From NCBI GenBank assembly GCA_973895155.1, contig OZ316894.1, positions 7,154,234 through 7,218,233 of the forward strand: a DNA stretch of 64,000 nucleotides, written 5' to 3'. Each line of letters begins with the position of its first letter. Position 1 is the first letter of the stretch. The position numbers and the translations under genes are program-made. Origin of the DNA: Marsupella aquatica. Lineage: Eukaryota; Plantae; Marchantiophyta. Of the stretch, positions 1 through 12,399 are shown one piece after another. The notes beneath the pieces are model-generated. The model searched no databases. It worked only from the letters and a program-made list of their open reading frames with translations, and was not told the DNA's origin.

Positions 1-1033
1 GGCCAAGGCGGGTGAGGCTTGAAGCAGGAGCGGGGGCGTGGGGTCGTGACCCTAAGGCAAGGTAGGGTCACCGGCGGGAGGAAAACAAAAGAGGCCGGTG
101 CGGGCTAGGTGCGAGAGGGATGCAGCTGCCGAGCGACTGCAAACGCGCCGGCCGGCGATGCGCAAGGCGCCGCTGCGCCATGAAAAATGGGAGTGCGAAG
201 GGGGGGGCAGGCAAATACCAGTATACAGGGCCGGGGGTATCGGGGTGTCGGGGAGGAGGGGGGGAGTTCAGGTGTGTGTATACACACCCAAATACACACA
301 CAAGTCCCCCCTTTAGACCCCCTTAAGTGGAAAAATTAACCCTAAAATGACACATGCCGATTACTCACCTCTTAGCTACTGTTTCTCGCAAGAAAAGTGA
401 ACAACGTCGATGGGAAATGTTGCCGAATTGCACCGACATAGTCTGTAGCTCCAGCAGAGTAAAAACTTTCCGCCGCGTCGCCTTCACTCCGCGTCAAGTG
501 CCAATCCCAGGCTCAAAACGACCGCCTCACCGTGATCAAACCGTTGAGCCGTGGCACTCCACGTTTCTTCCACCGAGTCAGTCGTTACGAAGAGAAACCC
601 GGTCCAGATGGGAACAAGCTCCATAGCTTGTGAGAAAACCTGAACGCCTCCGTCACTCGTCACGTCACACTCGGTAACAACTCGACACCAATCCAGCTAC
701 CGAAACGATCGACCAGCTCGCTTCAACCTTCAACTTGAGCTATAATGTGTGATCCCTCCCACACCGCATGGCTCACACCGTTGAAAAACGCGATCTCTGG
801 TCTCTCCCCCAAAAAGCCGTCGAACACGAATAAAACTTGAATGACGCAAACTTCAATTCCTTCGCACCACGGATACCGATCAGCGAGTTCTAACCACCGT
901 TAGAATGCCCTCTCACTAACCTATCCGCACAGCCACACACATTCGAGTTTCATGCGACGAAACTCCAAATGTACCATCGACAATGAACGCTGGAAAAACC
1001 CGTCACGAAAAAACCTCGTCACCTCCCAGGCAT

Positions 1034-1045
1034 GCTCTGATACCA
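1034..1045 (-). promoter_or_regulatory. Primer-binding site, tRNA-iMet
   Basis: Minus strand reads TGGTATCAGAGC immediately after the LTR terminal CA. Confidence 0.85.
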
Positions 1046-1047
1046 CT

Positions 1048-1386
1048 TGTTGAGCATAGACGACATTCGTAACGGCAAGCCCATGAACCATCCAACGCAC
1101 AATAGTTGACACAGAGAGATACGTGGTTCACCTCCACATGAGGCTACGTCCATGGGAACACACAAGAGCTTTATTGCACTCTAGGCCGACCGGCGATACC
1201 AAGCATCCACAGCACAAGCTCTCCCTATCTCTCAACTAGCTCCGTAACAATGAGCCTAAGTTCCACCAGGGTCTGGCATCAGCCCTGGCTATATACACAA
1301 CAGCACTACCGCTAACATTAGCCTTAACCCGAGTTAGACTAACTGTGGTTAGCTCATGAGTCACAAGACTAGAGCAATATCTAACA
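1048..1386 (-). mobile_element. 5' LTR (~339 bp) of a tRNA-iMet-primed LTR retrotransposon (Ty1/Copia or chromovirus type); truncated non-coding internal region continues to ~330
   Basis: TGTTGAG...CTAACA termini; GCTCTGATACCA (reverse complement of the canonical TGGTATCAGAGC PBS) lies 2 nt from the LTR edge; TATATA at ~1290 on the minus strand; no partner LTR in the window. Confidence 0.7.
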
Positions 1387-1499
1387 AACCTGGGGCTCTT
1401 ACTACAAACATGAATAGAGAATATGTTGTAAATGTGAGTTTATAATACCTTCTTTTGCCTCCTATGCTTTTAAATATTTATCTTGTTTATGTCAAAATT

Positions 1500-2300
1500 A
1501 TCTATTTTGGATTGCATGTGGCCCCATAGAATCAAGGTCTAGGGTAAGCGGGGGGTAAGTTCCCTCTTGAACTGTCTGGCTTTGTCTCTCCTCTTGGACC
1601 CTACACTGATTTGCCTTGCACCCAGGCCAGCTCACAAGTCTCACCCAAGCCTCACTGTGGTGGGCGAAAGGGAGAGGGGTTGCAAACATGAGGGGTTAGG
1701 CACTACAAGCATAGAGAATTATCTTCTAGTAATCCTTCTGTCACCATATCTGCCGACAACTCATTCATCCTGGCTTACTGAAGTTGTACCCTGTATTAGA
1801 GTTGTACATAAATGGGAAGGATGATAGACTTGGTTACCACTCCGACCACACCACTTTGATCATAGGCTAGAATTGAGTAACCAGACAATCTGCCCAGAAG
1901 TTGCTTAACCCAAAAAATACTAGGTGAGTTATTTCATTTTCTCCCTCTAGACTAAGTTGGCCTCTCCTCCTCCAGAGCTAAGTTTGTCCTCTTCCAAACT
2001 CAGGGTGACTTAGGGGAAAGCACCTAAGGGAGCCTCAATAAAGATTCACCAAGGTATGGCAAAGTCAGACTCTTACTCACCCTAGGCTTGAATTTAAATA
2101 CTGGTCCACTCATCTTGGTTTCAGCCACTCTTCTTATAGCTCTTATGCCATTTGTTGCATATGATTTCCAAGAATCTACACACTATACTATCCAATCCCG
2201 CCTGCTCTCCTCATGGTTTGTTTACAATGTGGGAATAAATTCATGTTTGTTTGTCAATGTTCACTTGGCCAAAAACACCTCCATGGCAAACCCTTCCTGC
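1500..2300 (-). pseudogene. Possible degenerate LINE (L1-like) 3' remnant
   Basis: Stop-ridden minus frames with 'WRCFW...RRAGGIG', reminiscent of the F-W...GGLG motif after LINE RT; weak. Confidence 0.3.
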
Positions 2301-2319
2301 CTCCTATGGGCACTCCTCC

Positions 2320-2590
2320 TCACCATCCCTGCCTCGCCCTTCACCTCTACACCTTGCCTCATCATCCATGCCTCACCAACCGTGCCTCACCCTTGCCCTC
2401 TACACCTCGCCTTGTCATCCATGCCTCACCATCTATGCCTTGCCCTCTACACCTCGCCTTGTCATCCATGCCTCACCATCTATGCCTTGCCCTCTACACC
2501 TCGCCTTGTCATCCATGCCTCACCATCTATGCCTTGCCCTTTGCACCTGGCCTTGTCATCCATGACTCACCATCCATGCCTTGCCATAGC
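2320..2590. repeat. 47-bp minisatellite (CCTTGCCCTCTACACCTCGCCTTGTCATCCATGCCTCACCATCTATG): 3 exact and 1 near-exact copies plus degenerate flanks
   Basis: Unit starts at 2391, 2438, 2485, 2532. Confidence 0.9.
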
Positions 2591-3039
2591 CCTTTGTCCC
2601 TCACTCTGGTCATAATATTTTGGACTACCCTACATGTTTCAACCACAGCTGAGTTCACTTGGGTCAATAACGATTATCAGATGAGACTGGGGAGCATGTT
2701 GATGATGGCGGAGACATGGTGGACGAGATTTTGGCTTGGGACACGATCTCTGCAGGGTTTCTCATTGTTCCCCCCAACGCAGTACTGGATCTTCGTGGTG
2801 ACAGCTCGGCCATCGTGTTCGTGCTTGCCTCAGTGTCTGTGGGAAGTGATGGCGGGTGAGGGTAAAATATATCACGATAATGATGAGGAGTGTCTAGTCG
2901 TCCACCAGCACCATCTGATTTGAATTCCTTTTCCATCTTCATCACAGCTGCAGATCCTGACTGCTGAAGAGTCGGTAACAACATCGCCAAGAGCTCTGAA
3001 ACAAACTTCGTGAGCTGTTGGCGCATCTGCCTGCTCACC

Positions 3040-4290
3040 TCATCCTCTAGGGCCCTCGCTATTGTTGCGTTGATCTTTGCTACATGAAGTTGTTCCTTCC
3101 ACAATTGCGCGAGGGGATGATGGTGATAAGGTAGTTGCTGTTGCTGCTTTAGTCTCACTTGACTGGAAGGTTAAGAGGAGATCCCACAACGACTGGTTTG
3201 TTGTTGCCATCACAACTTTAGCGGCACTGGAAGGTAACAGGAACTGGAAGATAAACCGCAAGTGTTGCACAATGAGTGTCACTTTTCCGAGGAGGCTAAC
3301 GTCTCCAAGCTGATATGTTTTATGCCATCTGGATATGGCTCTTTGGGCGCTCAAACACGGGGTTAAGAGTAGAAATCTCCTCTCCTCTTTAAGGAATTCC
3401 GCCACCTTTGTAAGAAATTGCAACACCGATTCACAAAGCTCTAAGATGTCCGGCCTTATGGTTTCCAAAAGAGATATCTTGACTAAAATGTCTAGAAACA
3501 GATCAAAGCCTGCAATTCCAGAGCCACGCCCAAAATGCTCAAGTAATATTCTGATCCAGATGTATGATTCTTGTGCATGCGTAGTACATCTGCCGCATCC
3601 GCACGATGAGTCGTGGCTGTCGCTTTGGTCTCTAGGCACATGTCTGGTGCTGTTTATGCCTGCATGGCTTCTCTCCAGATGTGAAGAAGACATTGTCGGC
3701 AAAATAGCCAATGCCTTGGTGTACTGGCGATGATTGAAAAGTATCCACGGAGGGAGCGGCCTATGCACGGTGAGCTTATGAAACAAGCTATCTTTATCCA
3801 CCGCAGTAGTTAGCGAGTGCACAATGGCAATGGCATTGTTGACCCGTTCAGCATCGATAGTTTGTGAACTGTTTGTAATTTGAAGTGATTTTATTACGCA
3901 CTTGGCCAAATCTGCCGTGAGCGCCATACAGTAGAGGACAATGTCGTTTTCAGTTGGCGATTTTGTCCAGCAAGGCGGATCGTGTATGTAATTCTCCAGC
4001 AAAGTGGGTAGTCCTTCCGAGTAGAGTTGCTTGAAAGATGCGCGCTCCTTGCAAGCCGGATCCTCCCTCTCTTCCATTTTAGCGGCAGCGTATAAACACT
4101 CAAATAGCGAGCTGAGGTCTGCACGGCCTTTCCCTCTGCGGAATGATTCCAACAATAAATGCACTTCATCGTCAAATCTTTGCTTCGAGGCTTCGGTTTC
4201 AAACTTCTCCGCCATCACCTCTGAATGCCTAGCAAAGCTCCATTTGTTCATCAACTCTGGCCTGGAATAGGGATACTCAAACCACTCCAT
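3040..4290 (-). CDS. ~416-aa helical protein resembling the N-terminal ARM-like region of USP9X/USP24 (fat facets) deubiquitinases, without a catalytic domain; may extend into the 2664-3158 frame by splicing or frameshift
   Basis: Uninterrupted ORF, ATG at 4290 (MEWFEY); segments 'FKQLYSEGLPTLLENYIHD', 'LTTAVDKDSLFHK', 'WIRILLEHFGRGSGIAGFDLFLD' and 'VAEFL' are collinear with USP9X segments as I recall them. Confidence 0.6.
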   Translation of the reverse strand: MEWFEYPYSRPELMNKWSFARHSEVMAEKFETEASKQRFDDEVHLLLESFRRGKGRADLSSLFECLYAAAKMEEREDPACKERASFKQLYSEGLPTLLENYIHDPPCWTKSPTENDIVLYCMALTADLAKCVIKSLQITNSSQTIDAERVNNAIAIVHSLTTAVDKDSLFHKLTVHRPLPPWILFNHRQYTKALAILPTMSSSHLERSHAGINSTRHVPRDQSDSHDSSCGCGRCTTHAQESYIWIRILLEHFGRGSGIAGFDLFLDILVKISLLETIRPDILELCESVLQFLTKVAEFLKEERRFLLLTPCLSAQRAISRWHKTYQLGDVSLLGKVTLIVQHLRFIFQFLLPSSAAKVVMATTNQSLWDLLLTFQSSETKAATATTLSPSSPRAIVEGTTSCSKDQRNNSEGPRG

Positions 4291-5499
4291 GATTGTCCTG
4301 TTTTGTTTCTCTTTCCTTGACTCACAATTCACAATTCTCTCGCTACCATGCTCGCAATTAAATTCCCGGAGCGCCTGAACGAAACGGTGATTTCACAATT
4401 CAATTCTCAATTGTGCCTTGCTCAAATAAAATCTTTGCTTAGGCTGAACTTTGACAGTGGGCTATAGTCCGAATTAAGTCAGACCATGAAAATGATTTTT
4501 CTCATTGTAATTATCAAAAGGGCATAATTTGACAAAGAGTACACTGTCAAGATTTGATAAATTCTTTATGAAGACTCGCCTCCACCTTTACTAAAACAAA
4601 AACAAGAGTGAATGCACATTCTTTTGAATGTTCATAGAGATAATAACAAAGGACAAAAGTAATTATGTATGATCATCGGACATATATAATATCCCATTCA
4701 CATACATATTGGTGGGGCCCTCTATGTCAAAAAATAGTAATGCATGATATCATTTTGACATACATACTATCCCATTCACTTACATTTTGGTGGGGCCCTT
4801 TCAGTCACGGCTTCACTCTAGAAACCTAGAACCCAACTCTACCTTCTCATCCCAAATTATTAGTAAGATTAGTAAAAAATCTCCTAGGATATTCAATGTC
4901 TTAAGGTCACAAGAACATTATGGGCAATACTAGCCCCTCAAAACTGGAGCTGAAAGTTTCATTTCTCGGCACACAATGGAGTGTGAAGAATGTACCAAGT
5001 TGTATCTAAAATGAAAACACCCAAATTTATCTACCTTATAGCAAAATCAATCTTATTGGACCCTTGACTCTTGACTACTTTAAGTCTATATACAATCTGA
5101 GGAGAGTACAAAAGACGGAATAGAGGTCCTTTGGCATGACCAAAACCTTTGTCCATCCCCCTTGCATTTCTTTAATTTGGTCATGAGGGAGGGACCCATA
5201 AGAAAAATCATTGCCACTAAGAATTGGTTTTTTACCCCGTTCCAGAATAGCCATGCCTCTAGATTATGGTCATTTGCCTGGCAGTGGACCTACTGGCCTT
5301 CTTTCCCGGTCTTTCAGGTTAGCAACTTAGGGGGTCTCAAATCTCAAAATTTGATGGACCTTAATAGTAGTTAAGGTTAGGGGCAGAAAAAATTATAGAT
5401 CACCATATTCATGAACCAAATCTTTTTGCCATAAAGATTGGTCATAAGTCACTCTATAGGTTAGTGAAAAACGAAAAAGAAACCGTTACACAACCGTAT

Positions 5500-5735
5500 C
5501 AAAAAAAGCTGAGGTCATTTGTTTATGGCCAAGAACCACGTCCTCTCACTAAGGGGGAAAAAAGCTATGGCTATTTGTTTATGGCCCAAAACCATCATCC
5601 AATTTCAGTACTCGGAAAAAAAGATATGGCTAGTTGTTTATGGCCCAAAACCACCATCCTCGTTCAGTTCTGGAAATAAGCTATGGCGTTTTGTTTAAGG
5701 CCAAAATCCATCGTCCTCTCTCAGAACGGAAAATT
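5500..5735. repeat. ~57-bp tandem repeat, 4 diverged copies (core TTGTTTATGGCCCAAAACCACCATCC), just upstream of a gene start
   Basis: Cores at ~5519, 5575, 5634, 5690. Confidence 0.8.
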
Positions 5736-5879
5736 GTCCCATATTTTAGTACAGTCCTTTACTGAAAATTGCATCTCAAGCTTTCGAGAATTTTGTCTGG
5801 CAAAGTGAGTGAGTGTTCTGGCCAGCGATTCGGTGGGCGTGACGAAAACGTTGGGATTGGCAATAGAGGAGAAATTGCA

Positions 5880-8365
5880 ATGTGGGCTACAACGGCCATG
5901 GCAAGTCCAGCACTGTCGGTGGTCTCTCAGGCGATGATTGTGAGAAGATGTGGACAACCGTGTATTCCGTCGGCGAGCTTAGCGGAGAAGGTCTCCATTG
6001 TGTCGATTCAAGGTGCTTCCCAGTTCTCTGTATGTTCAGTTCTTGGCTGAGTTCCGTCGGAGTTTTGAACCCCGTAGAGGACATGGAGTTTTCCTTGAGA
6101 CTGCAAAGCTAGGTATCATTTCGTATCCCACATTCTGGACATCACGCGAGAAGGAAAGAGAAGAAAATTGAGAATGAGAGTTGTCTATTGGGACCCAAGC
6201 AAGGCAGAGGACCAACGATGTCAAAGACTTCCACAAACATGTGTATTGTTTATCCAGACAGAAATGCATAGTACTGACTTTGATTGAAGTCAAGAGTGAT
6301 GGAGTACGTGCTTTGTTTACGTATTGATTGAATTGGGACAGTTGAGAAGAATCGGTTGTTGGTCTAAATCCATAACCCCGTCTTCGTCGAATTGTTCGCT
6401 TCTGGCTGGCCTTCTTTGGATTTTGTACACAACGTCTGCAAAATGATTTTTGAAACAGGGGTAAGTGCTGGTTGAGCAGATGAAAGGCAAGAGGATAAGC
6501 AGAAGCGTGGCGCTTGGCGGGATGCCAGGCGTGCCATACTCACTTCTGGGGTGATAGCCGCTGTGCAATTCGCCGTCGCAAGCGGCGACTATGCAATTGC
6601 TGACGTTAGAATTTCCCTATCCAACATGCAAGCCACCTCTGTCGCATGCCCGGGTACGAATTTCGGATTCAATTTTACAAATTTTTCAAACTAATGGAAA
6701 GGCTTCTTTCCAGGAGTTTTTAATGAAACGCTTCAAAATTATTTGGATGATGAGAGACAACTAGAAGGATACCAGAATCGCCACAGGCTGCTCCGGGTTA
6801 GATCTGGGTGGAGTCTTTGATCATCAAAGAAGATTATAGGGACATAAGAATCTACACAGGATGCTTTGTAAGAAGGTCGGGGTTCACGACGGTCCAAGCG
6901 TTCTAAAATGGCGAATGTCTCATTGTGAATGCAGCACTTGCTTACAGGAACATTACAGTGGATCTTAGAGTCCCGTCATACTTACTTGGCAGTGAGCATT
7001 GTTCTGTCATCTCGTCGCTTCGTCCACTGATCTTTGGTTGGGTGCAAGACAGAGGGTCAAACAACTGTAACAGGAGGTACATCGTTTGGAGCTGCTTGCT
7101 TCCGTATTACCGGGGACGCCATGAATCCTGCAACGCAACCGGTTTACAATGCAGTAAGGACGGTCAACCATATATCTGCCTCCAGGATTTTAGATATTTA
7201 ATCACATATATGAGACACCTTCTCAGTTTAATTGCTGGTTTGTTTCTGGAACGTCGTGTCTACTTAAGAACTTAGTGACTTTACTTAAGAACTTAGTAGT
7301 TCAACAAATCATATCTTAATGCAATATTGAACTTTTAAAGATGCTGGAGGGAGTCTTTCAGACATTTTCTTGTCGTCAATACAACTAAAGTTTGAAGAGA
7401 TCACACGGATTGCGTACCACGATAGCGTTGTTCGAACTGCTGGTACTGTCCTTCAACTTTGTGCTTTTGTTTGCCTCTACCTTCGAAATGCAATCCGAGC
7501 AGTTTGAATTGAAGTATGCATGCATGTTGGCTTTTTCTATATACAGGACATATTTGGCAGAGTTTATGATGCGCAAGGAGAATCCGCCCTGGACGCAGTA
7601 ATATCTTGAGTGACCTTTTGCTCCCTCGTATTGTCTATTCGCCTTGTCATTGTGTTCTCCTCTCCGCCTGGAACACAAGGATGATCCGAGCAGTTCGTAT
7701 AACATCTTGTTGGACGCTCATTTTCAAAGGGATATACTGTGTATGAGGCTTTTGTAAGGACAACGAAGTGTTTTTGTATTTCAGGTTGAGAACCTGCGAA
7801 TTGACACCATTGCAGAGCTTCCTCCTGGCAAGTCTAAGGTGAGAGAAGTGTAAGATTAAGGCGCAGCAGTTCATTAAACCCTACTTTTGATGTGCCTCGG
7901 TTGATATCTACTAAGCCGATTTCGATATCAAGGTTAGAGCATAGGCAAAATTTCAAGTGGTGCAAATTAGACTAGGCTCTTTCGCAGTGGGTGTAATTGC
8001 ATTTCGCACTTATATGCAGGTCAGCTTCCAGATTACTGTAAATGATGATCAAGCAAAGCTTGGGCCTCTTGAGCTGAGAAACTTCAAAGCAACTGGATAT
8101 CTTGGGAAAGTTAATAACAAACAGGTGAAACTGTTGACCCTAAGCGTAGGCCAAGATCTCCAGAATTCAGCTTTTCGTGTTACAATTTGCACCTCTTGTC
8201 AACTGTTCAACGGCTGGTGGATTTGTGTCTATTAGTCGATGTATATTGAGTTAGACGACGTGTGGTTTGTTGAATAATTTGAAGTCTGGATTTGTGGAGA
8301 AAAGACAGCCTTCGAGACAACCTGATGGATCAATGTGGGAGCTTGCAGGGGTCAGGCCGATTTGA
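5880..8365 (+). CDS. Multi-exon gene of unknown function with a transit-peptide-like N-terminus; internal exons may be degenerate
   Basis: ATG 5880 (MWATTAMASPALSVVSQ, Ser/Ala-rich); clean phase-0 exons 7785-7838 (VENLRIDTIAELPPGKSK) and 8020-8124 (VSFQITV...NNKQ) bounded by cag/GT; other exon-like blocks at ~7341-7441 and ~7547-7597; last exon ambiguous. Confidence 0.5.
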
Positions 8366-8555
8366 TGACATTGATTTTAGCGAGCTAGATGGGGAAGATT
8401 AGTCTTCAATCATGATCAGTATTCCCGCTGCTAAGTTTGAGGACAGTGTAATGACATTGCAGCTGTCTCTTTTGATAATGTCAGGAATTCTGTGCACTGT
8501 CATGCAGTTTGGGGTTAGTGTTGCAGCTGTCTCTTGATGAATCTTAACTCGATAA

Positions 8556-8847
8556 ACGGATTATTCAATCCACGGAGTCCCAGAGAAGTTGAAATTGGTC
8601 CTCAGTGTGTTGGCCCAACACAATGTTGGTTGTTTGTGTATGTTTTTTACAAATGATCCGTTTTACTGGAGGTAAAGGCTCGCCAAAAATGCAGTCAGCC
8701 ACGGATTATTTAATCCACGGAGTCCCAGAGAAGTTGAAATTGGTCCTCAGTGTGTTGGCCCAACACAATGTTGGTTATTTGTGTATGTATTTTACAAATG
8801 ATCCGTTTTACTGGAGGTAAAGGCTCGCCAAAAAGCCAGAGTCAGCC
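8556..8847. repeat. Recent tandem duplication, 145-bp unit x2
   Basis: ACGGATTATT...GGCTCGCCAAAA...GTCAGCC starts at 8556 and 8701, near identical. Confidence 0.9.
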
Positions 8848-10928
8848 ACACGTTTAACGCTTGGCAGTCAAATAAATATTCTGCTCTCCTTCGTGATTAG
8901 AATCGTCTGATTACGTCTTCAACGTTAATCGACACGTTCTCTAGGGTAGTCGATTTATTCCTGAGCATGGCAGTCTATCACCAGAGAAAGCGAATCTATC
9001 GTCTGATTACGTCTTCGACGATTGATCATGTTAAAAGTAACTAATATCCGTACTCCCTCTGTGCTGTAGAATTCTGAGAAGTTCTAATATATCAAACACA
9101 GATTGCAGTGCGAACCTTCCACGAGCAATCAGAAGAAGAGGAACCTGTCAAAGTGCACAACGCACAGCCCCCAGAAGCGTTGTGATCCGTCAGTTGACAA
9201 TGCAGGGCAACCCACGCACCAAGGGTTAGTTAGTTGATACTACGTCAGGGGCGAGTAGGTTCGTTGCTGTGATGAAGTCGTTTTCGGTTCTTAAAATCAA
9301 ATCCAGGCCGCGCTGTAAAGACCGAAGCAAGTCAGGGAGTTCAATAGCAAGTGGTTAGAGTTGAGACGATTCTTGTACTGGTGAGCTGAAGGAATAAATT
9401 GCCGGCGGGCTGTGCCGTCTGTGAGGAAGTGATCGGGCCGGGCAAAGGGTACCTTGAACGGACCTTGCACACTTGGGACCGAAAAACTCGCAAGCTGAGA
9501 ACCAGCTTTCCTTCCCCGATTTGTTTGTAATTCGACTGCCAGGACTTTCTTGTTCACTGCTGCTGAACTTAAGGACCACGTTGAATTTAGTGGGCCGTAG
9601 GTAGCAGATTGCGGTGTATTCCTTAGTTTGGATTTTGTGCTTCGATACTTCATAGGCTTGATCTGACATGATACCATTGTGCAGACGACAATAGGCAAAG
9701 CTGCGCCGCCATCCAAAATCTTGTATTGTACGTCAGAGACTTGCGCAGTTGTGCATTCGACATAAACTATGTCGTGCGATCGAGATGGTAGTGCATCAGC
9801 AAACGCAAATTTGAGTTTATGTTAGTCAAGTGCAGCACGCAGACTGGCAAGACGAGGTCAGAGCTAATCAAGATTCATTGGTTGCTACTTTCGGGGTTAA
9901 TGGGAAGAATTGCAAGCATCCAAGATCATTGGTTGCTGTCCACCGACACTGCGGGACAAGAATGTTCAAATGCAAGAGCGGGGTTCAGGAACGTAGTCAC
10001 ACTTATGTCAAGTCCCTCTCCACCAAGTCACTGTAAGCCTCGTGAACGTGTTAATTTACCTGCTGGAGTAACGAATCGAGAAACTCATCGTCCTGATCGA
10101 GTGAGAGGCATTTTGTTTCAAGATGTGCCGGTAGGCCAGAAATGATCTGAAGGCATTATCGAGTCGTTTGAATTAATCGTACAGAAGCACTGCTCCACAT
10201 TAGATCCCGACTGAGTGGCCCTCATCGTAATGTGATGACAATCTTGTGCCGACTTTTGGTCCCCAACTCATTGCAAGAAAATCCAAAGCCAGCAGTTCGA
10301 TCACGCACCCTACCACAAACTTACCGAGCCGCAAACTTACTTGTCTGAGACAGATCTAAAGAATGCCCAACGACGCAATACTCAAGCACATTCCTTTTAC
10401 TCCACAACCACGTCTCGCACTGCCAAGCAAAATCTATAAACAGCTCTCTCGAAGTAAAGACTACTTCGGAAGTTTTATTTTATTTTTGTGCACCGACCTT
10501 CGCAATACAGTTTTCTTTACAATTTTCTTTCGGTTGATTTGACTACGTATTTTCTGCACTCCTTCGATCAAATATAAATGTAGCCCAGCCCCGAGCACAG
10601 CCGGGTAGATACATCTCCATACAGACAGTTTGGAGAGGCAAATGTCGGGGCAAGGCATCGTAAAAAATTGGTGCAGGTGGTTCCTCGATCCAGATTAACC
10701 CGTCCTCTAAGACGATAATTTTTTTGATTATACTCAAATGCATAGACTATAATTAACATCCTCAATCTAGCCCGTTTATTTCTGTACAAGCGACCCAGAT
10801 TTGTCCAAGTTTATTCCCCCAAATCGATCGTGAGGGATGTCCAACAACAATACACGATATCAACAATTCTCCTTCGATCGTAGGCCCCAAGTTGTCTGAG
10901 GTCGGAAGTTATTAACGATCTGCACAGC

Positions 10929-11718
10929 CTAGGCTGTAAACTTATACAGGGCCGCGTAGCTCGAATTGAAGACATCTCCCGCAGTAGCGTTTACGCTCGA
11001 AGCGGGCGCTTTTCCATGTTGTGTGTAAATCCTTTGAATAAAGGTGGTTTTGTAAAGAAATGATCTCCTGCAATAATCGAATCGTGTTCAATGGTCAGTT
11101 TTCACATCCATTCAGTTTATACGTACATGGAATGTCAGTCTTTCCCATGAGCCAAGTCTAGAGTCTTTGCTAATTTGACATATATCGTTCTCCGCTTGAA
11201 GGTCGCAAAAGTAACTGAACATGTATGGAGATGCGTCCTGTGAAATGAACCTGCAAGCCAGGCAAGCAAATAGTGAAAGGTACGAATTAGAGCACTTACG
11301 TGCTGCCATTGTGGCTGGTCGCATTGAGGAGGACCCAATTGATCGAATCGCTCTCCACTGGTACAGAAGCAAGAGCTTTACCCGTGACACGAGCTGCAGG
11401 ACTGAATGTCTCCCAGCTTGGCTGCCCGCCATAGATGTCCTTCTGGGCAAGGAAAAAATGGAATCCAATTTTGAGACCAATGCTGTTGTACAAGTCGGCA
11501 CTCACGTTCGTGAGACTCCAAGTTGTGCCGTTGTACTGATAGATCTGGAAGCCAGTCCCGAACAGAATCGTCTGCACCTTGTGGCCTGCCGGTACTTGCA
11601 ACGCTGCTGGAATGGTGTCATCAATGCTTGAATAGTTGTAACCTCGGACCGTTTCTGTGCCCACCAGGACTAGGCACAACACTAGACAGACTACCAGGTT
11701 GGCTCTTGTACTCGCCAT
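10929..11718 (-). CDS. Secreted DUF3455-family protein, 185 aa, two exons (11718-11300 and 11067-10929)
   Basis: Signal peptide; motifs G-x-G-x-QIY, IG-x-HFF, P-x-W, I-x-W-x-LL; GTAAGT donor at 11299, ttgcag acceptor before 11067; spliced frame continues 'TFIQRIYTQHGKAP...YAALYKF*'; 558 nt total. Confidence 0.9.
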
Positions 11719-12399
11719 CGCTGTAAGTTTGTAATGTCGGAAACAAACTGGCTGAATTCAGCTGCCTCTTCTTCGATTAATGTACTTGACAGTCCTCTTC
11801 AACCTTACAGTGTAAATTGCTTTCACTTTTCGAATGCAATCGTCTAATTAACCAAATACTCTGAAACAAATTCTGTCAACCTGATTTCTACGCAAGTTGA
11901 CTCAAATTAAAGGTGAAATGTCGAATCAAAATCAAAATGAACAAGCTAGCGCGCTCCCAATAATAAAAAAAACTGGAGAAGCAAGCAGTAGAAGGTCAAG
12001 TGAATTGAGCTTTGAATGTCCACCACAACCGCGACGACGAGTCTAGTATGAGAGTATACGTTCCCCTATGTTCACACTCTGATTGCTCGTACGTTGTGTA
12101 TGAAGTGAAATGATAGTCTCAGGAGAGCAGTTATATATGCAGTCCAGCTAGGTCTACCTATTCTTCAGAACGGGCCTAACTGATTCAAGTGGGGGACCCA
12201 CTTTTCCACTTCTCTCCATCTCAGATCGAGAGAGTTGTTTTGACTGTGCAGGCTCCGTATCAATTCTTCGTGTATCATTCGCAATTGAGTTTTACGAGCA
12301 CTGTCTTAGTTTATTGCAAGCAATAGCAGAAGTACTTTTTTCGCTTTCAAATCCATGCCTTGCAAGCAATAGCAGAAGTACTTTTTCGTTCGCTATCGA

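Noticed and set aside
1-327. GC-rich block ending CCCCCCTTTAGACCCCC-TTAA, a possible transposon end or PPT
   Set aside because: Partner end lies outside the window and it does not match the 1048-1386 LTR; cannot classify
2088-2923. His/Pro/Cys-rich ORFs
   Set aside because: Produced by the 47-bp minisatellite, which is open in all three plus frames
9297-9716. Possible second DUF3455 paralog ('LNSTWSLSSA')
   Set aside because: Only a few residues resemble it; QIY, HFF and C-terminal motifs are absent
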